This document shows positions 29,871-41,076 of a stretch of 64,000 nucleotides of DNA, piece by piece. The translations under genes and the position numbers were made by a program. A model generated the notes under the pieces. That model had not been told where the DNA came from. It was given only the letters and a program-made list of their open reading frames with translations, and made no database searches. Numbering within the stretch: the stretch's first letter is position 1; each line of letters starts with the position of its first letter. The stretch is from positions 64,001 to 128,000 of IMG/VR virus record IMGVR_UViG_3300037067_027643. One strand, 5' to 3'. This DNA is from a virus. Its lineage: Duplodnaviria > Caudoviricetes.

Positions 29871-30272
29871 TTAATATTTAAGATATTCTCCATCATTTTC
29901 TTTTCCTGTTCCTAAGTATTCTTTAAATCCAGTAATAATTGACATTGCTCGATCCATACAAGGTTTTATTTTTTCATCTTCTCCCCATTTTTCAATTTTA
30001 TATTGTAATGGTTTATAATTTCTTAAAGAAATATCTGATTTTGTAATTAATCCATAGTTATTAGATTCTGTTTTAACTATTGTAAAAGAAACAAATGGAA
30101 TTGATTCTACTCTACCAATTATATGTTCATTCTTATTATTTAAAATAGATAAATCTTGTTCTTTATCTTCAATATTAACTAAACCAGTATATATTTCTCC
30201 TTCTACAATACTATATCTATCTTCTAAAGATTTATATTCGGTTTTATATTTTGTCCAGTTAATTGTTATCAT
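29871..30272 (-). CDS. hypothetical protein
   Basis: 133-aa ORF after TTTG-N20-TAATTTTG promoter at 30290-30321. Confidence 0.6.
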   Translation of the reverse strand: MITINWTKYKTEYKSLEDRYSIVEGEIYTGLVNIEDKEQDLSILNNKNEHIIGRVESIPFVSFTIVKTESNNYGLITKSDISLRNYKPLQYKIEKWGEDEKIKPCMDRAMSIITGFKEYLGTGKENDGEYLKY

Positions 30273-30332
30273 AGTTTCGATTTATTCTACAAAATTAAGT
30301 AAATTATTTCAATCTACCAAATTTATTTTTGA

Positions 30333-30975
30333 TTATTTTAAATGACAAGTACAAGTTCCTATTTCTATTCCATTATCATCATACAATATACCTCTATCAT
30401 GACATTGAAAACAATTTTCTTCTTTTTTGACTTCTTGTTCTATCTCATCAATTACACTATATATCTCACCGACCCATGTTCTTACTGGGTCGTTTAAATA
30501 ACCACCACTTACATCATCGTCAATAAGGCATTCATATTCTATATTCTTTGCTACATCAGCTAATCTTTTTATTTGTTCTTTGGTTATATTCATATTATTT
30601 ATCTTAAAAAATACCACACCACCGTTTGTTGTTTGTTAAACTAAAAATATAAAAATCAAATTATTATGAAAAAAATGATGTTTGGTGGTGTGATATATGT
30701 TTTTATTTTATTTATTTATAAATTTCGTTTAATTCAAATTTATCTCCATGACAACAACTAAATCCATCGTCTAAATCATCCATTTCACAAAATTTTATAT
30801 TATCTTTTAATCTCCATTTACAATAATCACATGTAAATTCGTGACTTGATAAGTTTATACAATATTTAGATTTTATTGGATTACAAAAACCATCTTTACT
30901 AATACAATTATCACATGATTTTTCTATTGACATATATTTTATTTTTAATATACAAAATCTTTTATTGATTTCCAA
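30333..30975 (-). other. Two small Cys-containing hypothetical genes (30333-~30593, 30712-~30933)
   Basis: CxxC motifs; true starts probably at the internal ATGs. Confidence 0.5.
30611..30696. repeat. 13-bp GC-rich inverted repeat enclosing an ~60-nt loop
   Basis: ATACCACACCACC ... GGTGGTGTGATAT (full pairing with one G-U on the minus strand). Confidence 0.65.
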
Positions 30976-30983
30976 ATTTATTT

Positions 30984-32578
30984 CTATCTTTCTATAACTA
31001 CATATCCATTTACAATCTTTGGATTCTCATCTTTTAAAATCTTCATGATCTTATTAATATCATATCCATTTACTGGTTGTACAACTATTTTATTAATACC
31101 ATACATTTTTATATGTCTTATATCATAATCACCTACAGGAATGGTTTTAAAATCAACTCGTTTATATCCAGACTTCTTTAACCCAGCTTTAATTAATCGT
31201 TTAGATATCTGTTGAACAGAGAGTTGAGAAGTGACTTCTTTGAGAATGGTTTGTTTGTATATATCTTTTAGTTTCATTATTTTATTTACTTCTATAAATG
31301 TAAATCAATCATTTTTAATTTTTTATCTTTAATCATAAAATGTCCGAAATTTTTACCTTTATAATATTTACTCATTGACTCATAACTATATATTGGATAT
31401 TTATTTTCATACATTAAATCGGTAGCTACTATTTTAACTTTAGCTATTTTAGGTAACATCACATCTATATACCTTTCTAATTGTACAGATAGTTTATTTG
31501 GAAAAATTTCAATATGATAATCATTATTAAAAAATCTATAAGTTTTATCTTTTACTTTTATAGTATTTAAAAAGAATTGAATCATATCTGTGTAATATTG
31601 CTTATCAACATCTAATTTAGTTACATTATTTTGTAATTCGTTTAATAATGTTTTTAGTTTCATCATTTTATTTTTCCTTTTAAATATGGGTTAAATGATA
31701 TTTCATTTTGAATAAATTCTTTCCGTATAATAGATTTATTTTTATAATTCCGAATAAAATTATCAAATTTACTTTTATTAAAACTCGATTCTAATGCAGT
31801 TCTTGATTTATAATCTATAAATTTTTCTATATCATCGTTTACATCTTCAACATCTAAATTTTTAAATTCGTGTTTTAAATATTTTTCTGCAATTTCACTC
31901 GCTATATAAATCATATCATCTATCTGTTCTTGTGTATAATTAGTATTACCGCTTTCATTAATACTATTATAAATATCTTTTAGTTTCATATCTTAATTCC
32001 TAATATATCTTTTTCTTTATTTGTTCGACAATACCATTCTGCTTCTGTTAATATACCATTAATTCCAGACCCAGCTAAATCTTCTGTTCTATCTTTAATT
32101 GTATCAGTATTTATTTTTATTTGAGGATATGTTCCTGTATAAATAGTAGCTGGTATTTTAAAAGCTTGTACTTCAAAAATAGATGGTAAATCATCTCCTA
32201 ACATATCATCGGGAACAACCGCAACCAATATCATCTTACCATCAACTGATTTTTGTCCTATCATTTTAAAATATGTTGTTTCCATAATTACTATTTTTAT
32301 ATATAATAATTTTATTTTTTCATACTTTTCAATATTCTATAAATTGTTGAAAGTTCGTTAGACATTAAATTATCTAATGATATCATACCAGATTTTATTG
32401 AAGTTGCATGTGGGTGATACATTTCATAAATTTTTAATAGAATTTGATGTCTTTGAGTGCTATTTAGTTTATGCCATATTTTTTCATAATAAGGATCAAC
32501 TTTACTTTCATTAATAACTTTCTTTGTAATATCTTCTACAAGTTTATTTAATTCTGAACGTTTAATTGTTGTTGCCAT
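30984..32578 (-). other. Five small genes, four with capsid-targeting-like leaders (30984-31277, 31292-31666, 31663-31989, 31986-32285, 32312-32578)
   Basis: MKLKDIY..ILKE, MKLKTLLNE, MKLKDIYNSINE, MATTIKRSELNKLVEDITKKVINE. Confidence 0.6.
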
Positions 32579-32825
32579 ATTTTATTTCCTTTTTTAAATT
32601 TATACCACAAATATATAACTATTATTTTAATTTACCAAATAATATATTATATAAATAGTAAAATTATTTTAATTATTACTTTTATTCATCAATCTTATAA
32701 GTTTAACAAGGCCCAAAAAAACAACTATAAAACCAAGTACAACAAAAATCTTAATTGGTAATAATAGTCCAAATAAAAATATAATTGAAAATAGTATTGT
32801 AAAATTCTTCATATTATTGCTTTAT

Positions 32826-34357
32826 TTATTTTAAAATCTTTTCAACTAACCTAATCGTCTCCTCGCTAGTGTTCTGCAACTGACGAAAATGTTCCAACTC
32901 AATCTTATTATCAATCAAAAACTGATTAGCCTTCCTCACAATCTGTCTCTTAGCTCTTTCGTTTACCATCATCTTCTCACTCTCATAATCTCCAAACCAT
33001 CCACTTCTATAATATCTTCCATTATAACCCCAACATTTATTCCAACTAGTAATATGTTCGTGCCTATAATGTGTTATCATGTTAGCCAACCACAACACCT
33101 TCTCATCCTTTATCACAGTTTTAAGATATGCACTACAAGAGAATACATGATTGCAAATTGGACATCTGAGATTATAACCTGATTTATGATAGTTGAAAAG
33201 TGGATTCATTGGATTATGGTTTAAGTTAGCATATATTCTATTATCTTTAACATTACCCAAGCTATATTATCAAAACTATGTGAACAGATAACCTTTTTAT
33301 CTCGAATTATATTTAGTAAATAACCTGAACTATTGTGATTATCTTTATCAAAAAATACATCCAAATTAATAGTTAGATTTTCAAATGTTGAAACTGTATA
33401 AATACATCTATCTTCGCTTACTCCGATTGACAAAATATCAAGATCTTCAAAATATAATAAAGCATTTAATACCATATTAACACTATTATTTATATCTATG
33501 ATATGTACATCTCCTAAATAGTCTGAGTTTAGTTGATATGACTTATCAAACATTTCTTTTAATTCTCTTTTGGTTTTCATATATTTTATAGTTTAAATGG
33601 TTTAATTTTCAAATCAAAATGTTCTATTAATTTATTTAATGTTTCTGGAGATGGAATAAAACCAAACTCAATTTTTAATTTTTTCTTAATCATATTTCGT
33701 TTTCTATCATATTCAATTCTAAATTTATTACTTCTATAAGTATTATTAGTATATTCTTCTATAAAAAATTTAATATCTTCAAAATTAAACTTTGAAATTA
33801 TACCGTGTACTACTCCAAATATAAAACCATGACTAGGTAATTTTATCATTTTAAATTCAGGATATTTATTACAATACCACAAAAATACTTTATTACAAAA
33901 TTTAATACTTTCGTAACATTCTTTATATATTTCATCTTCTGTCATATTATTATACAATTTGTAATCAGTATATAACTGTATATTTAAATAGTAAGAAAGA
34001 ATCTTAGATAACGATTGTTGTTTTGTTCTATCTACATTATTCCATGGATTAAAATAAGTTGAGTTTATAGTATGATCTAACATATTCTTAGGTATAAGCT
34101 GTTAAATTATCAACTGCTTCAAAATATAAACCAGCTTGTTTATAACTTCTTATATATTTAACCCATTTAGCATATGCTACATCTCTTGGATCTCCCTCTC
34201 CGTTTACATAACTATCTAGAGTTAAATCAAAAAACTTTTGTAAACTTTTATTAAATTTTTTATAATCATGTTTGCCTCCCAATCGTTGATATTCTTTATA
34301 ATAATGAGGTACCATTTCAAATTCATCTAAGTTTGTATAATCTACATTTTCTTCCAT
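32826..34357 (-). other. Four hypothetical genes (32826-33260, 33221-33580, 33586-34083, 34088-34357)
   Basis: Tandem ORFs; 32826-33260 has a CPIC...H...H zinc-finger-like motif. Confidence 0.55.
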
Positions 34358-34383
34358 TATTTCGACTTTTTAAATTGTTAATA

Positions 34384-34965
34384 TTATTTATTATTATTTT
34401 TCATATTATGTCCGCTTATATAATCTACTCTATAAGGTGGTTGATTAAGTAATGCTACTCTTTGTCCACATCCACATTTACAAACTTGTATTTCGTTTTT
34501 AAATACAATTTGTTTTACATAATCCATTTTATTCATTTTATGAACTAATCGAATATGATAAGTTAATAATCTTTCACTACCAAATTTTTCTGGACATAAC
34601 AAACATTGTATCTGATTTTGTTCTGCTCTTTCTTTATAATCTAATTGTTTAGGACGATATTCTCCATATTTTTCAACATATTGATCCGGTGTTAAATTAT
34701 GAGCATCACGTAAATGTGTATGAAATCCAGATAATGAACAAATACATGGACAACATTTACATTGAATTTTCTTAATTTTTCTTTTTCCTTCTTTTACATT
34801 TAATTTATTTTTTCTATATTCTCCATATTGTTCAACGTATTCTTCTACAGTTATTTCATTTGGATGTGTGTATTTCAAATGATTTGTAAAACCATAAGTA
34901 GATATCATGCTATCACATAATTTACATTTCATTTCTGGAGCTGTATTTACCATATTTCTTTTCAT
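34384..34965 (-). CDS. C2H2 zinc-finger repeat protein
   Basis: Three CxxC...HLxxxH..T.xxYVxxYG repeats and terminal CKCGCG. Confidence 0.7.
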   Translation of the reverse strand: MKRNMVNTAPEMKCKLCDSMISTYGFTNHLKYTHPNEITVEEYVEQYGEYRKNKLNVKEGKRKIKKIQCKCCPCICSLSGFHTHLRDAHNLTPDQYVEKYGEYRPKQLDYKERAEQNQIQCLLCPEKFGSERLLTYHIRLVHKMNKMDYVKQIVFKNEIQVCKCGCGQRVALLNQPPYRVDYISGHNMKNNNK

Positions 34966-35022
34966 AATGTTTAATTTTAATTATTTTTACAAATTTACGA
35001 ATAATTTTTAATATATACAAAT

Positions 35023-36117
35023 TTATTTTATTAATTGATAAACTATTTCTTTTAAACTTAAATCCATTTTTGCTTCTTCTTTATTTAATTCTATTATATA
35101 TTTTATTATTTTAAGCATTTCATTATCATTAAACCAATAACTAATTATTACATCATCTATTATATCTTTATCTGGAAATGTTGGTTGAAATATTCGAATA
35201 AATTTTAATATCATATTTACATATTTAAACATTTTTCCTAAATTATGTTTTTGAATATATCTATTAATATATTTCTTATTCATTATAATATCATTATAAT
35301 TTAATATATAATTTGGTATATGTGAATTTTCTTTTAATGTATCTACATTAATAATTTTTGGTAAATTATATAACGATATTTTATATAGTGTATATTGACT
35401 ATTTTTAATTAATTGAAGTTTTGTATAGTCATTTAATAATGAATTTATTTGTGTTAATTTTAAATTTTTAAATTTTAGTGGATGATGAAATTTACCTTCG
35501 ATTTCAAACACGTCATTTCCTATACGTATATCAAAATCTTTATTCTCAAAAATAAAATGATGTTCTCCTCCTATTATATCAAATATTTTATCTTCTGGAA
35601 TAGACCCCTTTCTTTTTTTATGAAATACATATACATTATCAATGTTATATCTATCTTTTATTGTCTGCCTATGTTTTTCGATATTATTATAATTTGGATC
35701 ATTATGATTTTTTTCTTTAGTTACTTTTATTTTATCTACTACTCCTGGTATATACATAGAATTAGTTACTCCATATTCTCTTAACATTGTTTCTACACAA
35801 GTCTTTTTCATTTTTTGTTTAGATTCTTCTGTATGTGGTTTTCTTGGAAAATGATTTTTTGTATAATCCCTAAACCAAATTCCAAACGGACTATCAACAA
35901 ATTTCATTTTTGTATTACATTTACCACATTTACATATCGGATATTCATTATTAAAATAATTTTGCATTATATATTGTTCATATGTTAACCCATGTACTCG
36001 TTTAATATGCCAATTTCTATCGTGCGCATTTTTAAATTTTACTCCATCTAAAATACATAATAATTCATGTTCTTTTGGAACTACATTTGCGTAACTTTTA
36101 TTTTGATTAATATTCAT
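35023..36117 (-). CDS. Putative homing endonuclease (Zn-finger, NUMOD3-like segment, very-short-patch-like nuclease)
   Basis: CKCGKC; HTEESKQKMK; YGVTN repeats; FDIRIGNDVFEIEGKFHH. Confidence 0.55.
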   Translation of the reverse strand: MNINQNKSYANVVPKEHELLCILDGVKFKNAHDRNWHIKRVHGLTYEQYIMQNYFNNEYPICKCGKCNTKMKFVDSPFGIWFRDYTKNHFPRKPHTEESKQKMKKTCVETMLREYGVTNSMYIPGVVDKIKVTKEKNHNDPNYNNIEKHRQTIKDRYNIDNVYVFHKKRKGSIPEDKIFDIIGGEHHFIFENKDFDIRIGNDVFEIEGKFHHPLKFKNLKLTQINSLLNDYTKLQLIKNSQYTLYKISLYNLPKIINVDTLKENSHIPNYILNYNDIIMNKKYINRYIQKHNLGKMFKYVNMILKFIRIFQPTFPDKDIIDDVIISYWFNDNEMLKIIKYIIELNKEEAKMDLSLKEIVYQLIK

Positions 36118-36201
36118 AAATTTATTTTATTGATGTAATTATTTTAATATACAAAATTATTTCTAGATAAACAAATTATTTTTAAAATGTTTTTAAGTAA
36201 T

Positions 36202-36229
36202 AAAAAACTGGATAATAATATCCAGTTTT
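36202..36229 (-). terminator. Intrinsic terminator after major capsid gene
   Basis: AAAAACTGGATA-TTAT-TATCCAGTTTTTT. Confidence 0.8.
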
Positions 36230-36255
36230 TATTTTTATCGTATAATTTCTATTGT

Positions 36256-37932
36256 TTATACGTAGTTTAAGTGGGTTACCACTAGCTTTCCGAAAAATTC
36301 GGGGCGAACTATTTTTTTTGCATATCTCGTAAGTACACCTTTTCTCGGCGTGAAGTTAGTACTATCATATACTAATGGTGTCATAATCAATGGAACATAA
36401 GGACAAAAAACGGCACCGCACTCTAAGAACTGACTACCTCTAAATCCCATCAATATGATATTTTCTTTCATATAAGGATTTTTGTAAACAGTAAAGCGAT
36501 TATTCAATAAACCTACTTTTTGTACTCCCATTGCAAATTGCATTTGGTTTCCATCAGTATCAGCTGCATAACCAGGAATTGATTCGATTATAGTAGCAAT
36601 ATCAGGAGAGCAAACCATAAAGTTAGCACCACCACGCATTGTTTTTTGGTGAATCTTGTTGCTGATTTTTTGCAATTTAGTACCTAAAGTTTGGAACCAA
36701 GTCTGTTGAGTATATTTAAGAGCGTATCCACTTTGTAAATCTTGACTTGTAAAGTTAGATTCACCATTAGTAGTTTGTCCTGTGTGTACAGTTCCTATTT
36801 TAGCTGACCAATAATCAGTTGTGATAGCGTTAAGAATCAACATATCTAAGATTTCTAAGTCAATTTCCATTGAAATATATTCACTCAACATACTTGTTAA
36901 TTCTGCTTCAGCATCAATTGAATGGTAAGCGTTTAAGTCCTGTGCAAATTCAGGAGTCCATACTGCTTTTAACTTTTTAGTTTTAGCAACAATTGGTTCA
37001 CTTCTCAATGATACGTTTATTTCTGGGATATCTAATGCGTTAGCACCTACTGATGTACCAGGAGCGTATTTATCGGGACCAGTTGTTCCACTTCCCCATG
37101 CAGGATCACCTTGAGCTTGGAAATCACCTCTATCGTAAGCTAATGGAGCTTTGCTATATTTTACCAATACTGTTGAAGCACTACCACTACACATAAAGGT
37201 TACATAACGAGTTGAAGCTGCTCCAGCACTTGTTACAGGCATTGTATTAGCTGGGTAATAAGCTTCGATACCACTACCACTAATATAGAAACTTCTTACA
37301 CCTTCTACATCGTGATTGGTTGTATTCATATCTACAGTTACTCTTTTCATTTCATCTGCTGCTACAGAAGCACTTAATGGAGCTGAATAGTTACAATCTG
37401 CCCAAGAAGCTGAAGTAATAGTTGTTGATAAACTTGCTGTATAGTCGTTAGTACTATATCCAAATCTACCTGCACCATATAAACCTTGTTCTGCATCAAA
37501 TGTTTGGTTAGTAATACCAAATACTGAATTGTTTTGTTCGTAAGTAGTATTAGTAGTATTGAAACCTGGTTGATCAGTTCCATATTTGAAATCTAAGTAG
37601 AATACAAGTCCACTAGGTAAGTTCATTGGTTGTACTGATACGAAGTCTTTAGCTGCTATTTCTGCAAAGATACGTCTTACTAATGGTAAAGCTACTCCTG
37701 ACCATTCTTCTGCACCTGTTGCTGTTCCTGTTTGTGATACTTCACTGATTAACTGTCTTGCTTGGTTTTCTAACAAAATAGCCATTCCATCTCTTTCGTA
37801 ATCACTTTTAAGACCGTCTAACAGTCCTGTTTTTTCCCATTTCTGGTTCAGAGCAATACTATCATTACGCATATTTTTATACGTAGATTTTATTTGTCCC
37901 TCTCCTATCAAATCACTAAATTTTTTATTCAT
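36256..37932 (-). CDS. Major capsid protein (T4 gp23-like)
   Basis: LLENQA, LPLVRR, VSVQPMNLPSGLVFYL, KLKAVWTPEFAQDLNAYHSIDAEAEL, CPYVPL, FTPRKGVLTRY. Confidence 0.95.
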   Translation of the reverse strand: MNKKFSDLIGEGQIKSTYKNMRNDSIALNQKWEKTGLLDGLKSDYERDGMAILLENQARQLISEVSQTGTATGAEEWSGVALPLVRRIFAEIAAKDFVSVQPMNLPSGLVFYLDFKYGTDQPGFNTTNTTYEQNNSVFGITNQTFDAEQGLYGAGRFGYSTNDYTASLSTTITSASWADCNYSAPLSASVAADEMKRVTVDMNTTNHDVEGVRSFYISGSGIEAYYPANTMPVTSAGAASTRYVTFMCSGSASTVLVKYSKAPLAYDRGDFQAQGDPAWGSGTTGPDKYAPGTSVGANALDIPEINVSLRSEPIVAKTKKLKAVWTPEFAQDLNAYHSIDAEAELTSMLSEYISMEIDLEILDMLILNAITTDYWSAKIGTVHTGQTTNGESNFTSQDLQSGYALKYTQQTWFQTLGTKLQKISNKIHQKTMRGGANFMVCSPDIATIIESIPGYAADTDGNQMQFAMGVQKVGLLNNRFTVYKNPYMKENIILMGFRGSQFLECGAVFCPYVPLIMTPLVYDSTNFTPRKGVLTRYAKKIVRPEFFGKLVVTHLNYV

Positions 37933-37951
37933 AATTTTTTAATCTCCTTCT

Positions 37952-39094
37952 TTATTTTTTATTGTTTGTTTGTTTATTATCATTACTTATGTTTGCTAAT
38001 TTTTGAAAGCGATCTCTTATTTCATTACTTTCTAAAATAACTTTTTTCTTGTTAACTTGGGTATTACCGACTATTCCTGATGCAATACTTTCGGTTAATC
38101 TTTTTGTTGTTCCGTTTACTTCTTTTTTAACTGATGTGGATTTTAAACTTTCTACTAATGTTACATATACTAATTTTACTTCTCTTAAACTGTTAGCTTT
38201 ATCCATATTATCAATTATCTTTAGTTTTTGAGATTCTGATAATTTTTCATATTGTCTAAATAATTTGTTAGCATATAAAAGTTTACTATTTAACAAGTTA
38301 ACTTCATTCATAGTAGTTTTTAATGACTTAATAACTTTGATAGCTTCTGATAAGTTTTTTTCAGCTCTTGCTGTTTTTTTCTTTTGTTCTTCTAATTCGT
38401 AATTGTTATATTCGTCATTAGGTTCATCTTCTTCTTTCATATCAGCTACTAATTCATCAATGTTGATGTCTTCATCATCGTCATCTGTTTTAGGTTCTTC
38501 TGCTGGAATTTCTTCTTCCTCTGTAGTTGTTTCTTTAGGTTCATCTTCTACTGGATCAGTATCAACTGGAATGTCATCTTCATCATTGTCTTCGTTTTCC
38601 ATTTTGATTTCGTCATCTTCTGTAGCTGGGTTTTCATCACCTTCAAGTTCTTTTAAGATTTCTTCCAATTCTTTTTCATCTTCTGATTTTTCATCTTCTT
38701 CTTGAACTGGTTCATCTTCTGTTTTAGGTTCGTCGTCTTCGATGTCAATATCTTTGTCATCTTCTTCTGATACTACTGGTTCTTCAGTATCAATTTTTTC
38801 TCCGTCTTCTTCTTTTACTGTTTGATCATCGTCGGCTGTAGATTTTACTTCGTCTTCTCCATCATCTTCCATTCCTTCTTCGTTAGTTGCTACTGGTTCG
38901 TCTTCGACTTCGATATTTTCGTCGTCTTCTCCACCTTCAACTTCTTGTTTAATTTTTTCACTAAACATTGCCTGTAATTTAGGATTGAATGCATCTGCTA
39001 TTGCTATTTTTGCATTTTTTAATGCTACTTCTTTAATCTGTTTAGCATCTGCAATTGCTTCGTCAAACAATGTTTTGTTTGTTGTTTTTGCCAT
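37952..39094 (-). CDS. Prohead scaffold/core protein (gp22-like)
   Basis: Highly acidic centre, coiled-coil C-terminus, directly upstream of MCP. Confidence 0.8.
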   Translation of the reverse strand: MAKTTNKTLFDEAIADAKQIKEVALKNAKIAIADAFNPKLQAMFSEKIKQEVEGGEDDENIEVEDEPVATNEEGMEDDGEDEVKSTADDDQTVKEEDGEKIDTEEPVVSEEDDKDIDIEDDEPKTEDEPVQEEDEKSEDEKELEEILKELEGDENPATEDDEIKMENEDNDEDDIPVDTDPVEDEPKETTTEEEEIPAEEPKTDDDDEDINIDELVADMKEEDEPNDEYNNYELEEQKKKTARAEKNLSEAIKVIKSLKTTMNEVNLLNSKLLYANKLFRQYEKLSESQKLKIIDNMDKANSLREVKLVYVTLVESLKSTSVKKEVNGTTKRLTESIASGIVGNTQVNKKKVILESNEIRDRFQKLANISNDNKQTNNKK

Positions 39095-39308
39095 AATTTA
39101 ATATCTCCTTAATAAGATTATTTGTTGTTTTTAATAGAAAATTTGTTTGTGTTTTCTATAATATAGATACTAGGATTAATCTATAATAGTTCGTTTTGAA
39201 TTTTTTGGGATGACACATATAAAAATGTCATATTTTAATATATAAGTAGTATTAAAAAAATAAAAAATTTGGAAAGATGGAAATATTTTTGTATAGAAAT
39301 GACAACTT

Positions 39309-40013
39309 TTAATGTAACTCTTTGATTATTACAGTAGTTACATCATCAAAAATATTTTTATAAATATTTTCTTGGAGAGTATATAATGTTGGTTTTTTTA
39401 AAATATTTCTTTGTTTTGGAAATTTTAATAATTCTGAATATGAACTTTGAATTAATTGTACTGATTTAATTACAGTTTTATCGACTTTATCAAATAATTC
39501 TTTTGTTTCTAATGTAGCTGTATTTATATTATTCTGAATAACTATAATGGAATGATTTCCTTTAACATAATTTAATATAAGTGCTATTAATGGTTTTAAT
39601 TTTACATCACTTGATATTTTCATTGTAGATATATCATCTGATAATGGAACATTATAACCATGACTTTTTATTCTATCAACTTCATGTTTAAATACTAAAC
39701 CATGCATTCCACCTACTTCTTGTAAATTATTTTGCATTATATAAACATGTATCATTTCATGTATAAGTAAGTTTATAAAATTATCATAGTCTCTTTCATA
39801 TAATTTATTCATTGCTAGATAATTAATTCTATATCCAGTATGTTTATTATAAACTCCATCTACATAACCACCATGCCTATTTGATGTAATCCATTTTAAA
39901 GGTATTTTTATTAATTTTCCAGAAAATAATTCATGATTTAACCTATCATACTCATGTTGTAGATTAAATTCTTTGTGGCTTATTTCTTGTAGAATTTTCT
40001 TTAATGATATCAT
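39309..40013 (-). CDS. SprT-like zinc metallopeptidase
   Basis: YDRLNHELFSGKL...LIHEMIH...HGLVFK. Confidence 0.8.
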   Translation of the reverse strand: MISLKKILQEISHKEFNLQHEYDRLNHELFSGKLIKIPLKWITSNRHGGYVDGVYNKHTGYRINYLAMNKLYERDYDNFINLLIHEMIHVYIMQNNLQEVGGMHGLVFKHEVDRIKSHGYNVPLSDDISTMKISSDVKLKPLIALILNYVKGNHSIIVIQNNINTATLETKELFDKVDKTVIKSVQLIQSSYSELLKFPKQRNILKKPTLYTLQENIYKNIFDDVTTVIIKELH

Positions 40014-40018
40014 ATCAA

Positions 40019-40708
40019 TTAATAATATTTATCATAATTGTTTTTTGCTGCTCCATTAAAGAAAGTTAACGCTTGATCTAATCTACATGGACCTTTTATT
40101 GCTCCTAAATATTTCTTTTCTCCGCTTTTTGTAATAATATCAACTCTAGCTATATAAGCTATATTACCATTTGTAATTGATTTTGGTAATGGATTTAACG
40201 TGAATTCAATTTCTGGATATTTTTCTTTTAATTGTTCTAATGATAAATTGTTATTAGTTTCTTCTTGTTCTTTTAAAACTTTTCTAATTGTATTTTCTAT
40301 TAATGTATTTAATTCAGTTCTTTTCATTTTACTTTCTGTTTTTGGGTTTTCTAATTTTGGTATTCTTATTCTTAATATTGATTTACCATTAATAGTAGGT
40401 GACCCATGTTCATCTTTTCCAATTTCCTTTACTACTACTAGTTTATTAAGAAATTTTCCAGTCTTCACGGTATCTCCAGGTTCTATATCTATTGTAATTA
40501 CTTCTCTTAAAATAGCAGATAATGATAATTTTTTATTTTCATTTTTATTAACATACTTAGCAGCTAATTGATAAAACATACTTTCCAGTTCGTGTGTATT
40601 TATTCCAAGCTGATCAGAAAAATCATGAACATCACTATCTGGAATATTTCCATCTGGATACTGTTTTAAAAACTCAATAACCTTTTGTTTTATTTCTGCT
40701 TTGCTCAT
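40019..40708 (-). CDS. Putative internal head protein
   Basis: Internal LSAILRE and MKRTELNTLIENTIRKVLKE motifs. Confidence 0.55.
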   Translation of the reverse strand: MSKAEIKQKVIEFLKQYPDGNIPDSDVHDFSDQLGINTHELESMFYQLAAKYVNKNENKKLSLSAILREVITIDIEPGDTVKTGKFLNKLVVVKEIGKDEHGSPTINGKSILRIRIPKLENPKTESKMKRTELNTLIENTIRKVLKEQEETNNNLSLEQLKEKYPEIEFTLNPLPKSITNGNIAYIARVDIITKSGEKKYLGAIKGPCRLDQALTFFNGAAKNNYDKYY

Positions 40709-40723
40709 TGTTAGTATCCTCTA

Positions 40724-41053
40724 TTACTTGTATTGAGATTTACTAGCTTCCTTTTCGTTCTTTACATCAACTTGATTATAAAATATAGCTTTATTTTTTG
40801 ATTCCCTCTTCTTAACCGATGGTTTAATAAACATTTGTCTATCTCTTAATTCTTGTATTCTACCCGATTCTCTTACTACTTTCTTAAATATTTTTAAAGC
40901 CATTTCAATATTACCATCAATTACCTTTACTGCACAAGCGGCTGTTCCATCTACTTTTGTTTTTTTAGGTTGACGTTTTGGTTCATTGTTATTATTAAAA
41001 TGTTGAGTTTGATTACTATCTCCTCCTTGTTTTTTCTTAGTTTGTTTTTTCAT
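40724..41053 (-). CDS. rpsU: Phage-encoded ribosomal protein bS21 homolog
   Basis: VKVIDGNIEMALKIFKKVVRESGRIQELRDRQMFIKPSVKKR matches the bS21 pattern. Confidence 0.85.
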   Translation of the reverse strand: MKKQTKKKQGGDSNQTQHFNNNNEPKRQPKKTKVDGTAACAVKVIDGNIEMALKIFKKVVRESGRIQELRDRQMFIKPSVKKRESKNKAIFYNQVDVKNEKEASKSQYK

Positions 41054-41076
41054 TAAATGGATTTTTAAATTTCTTA

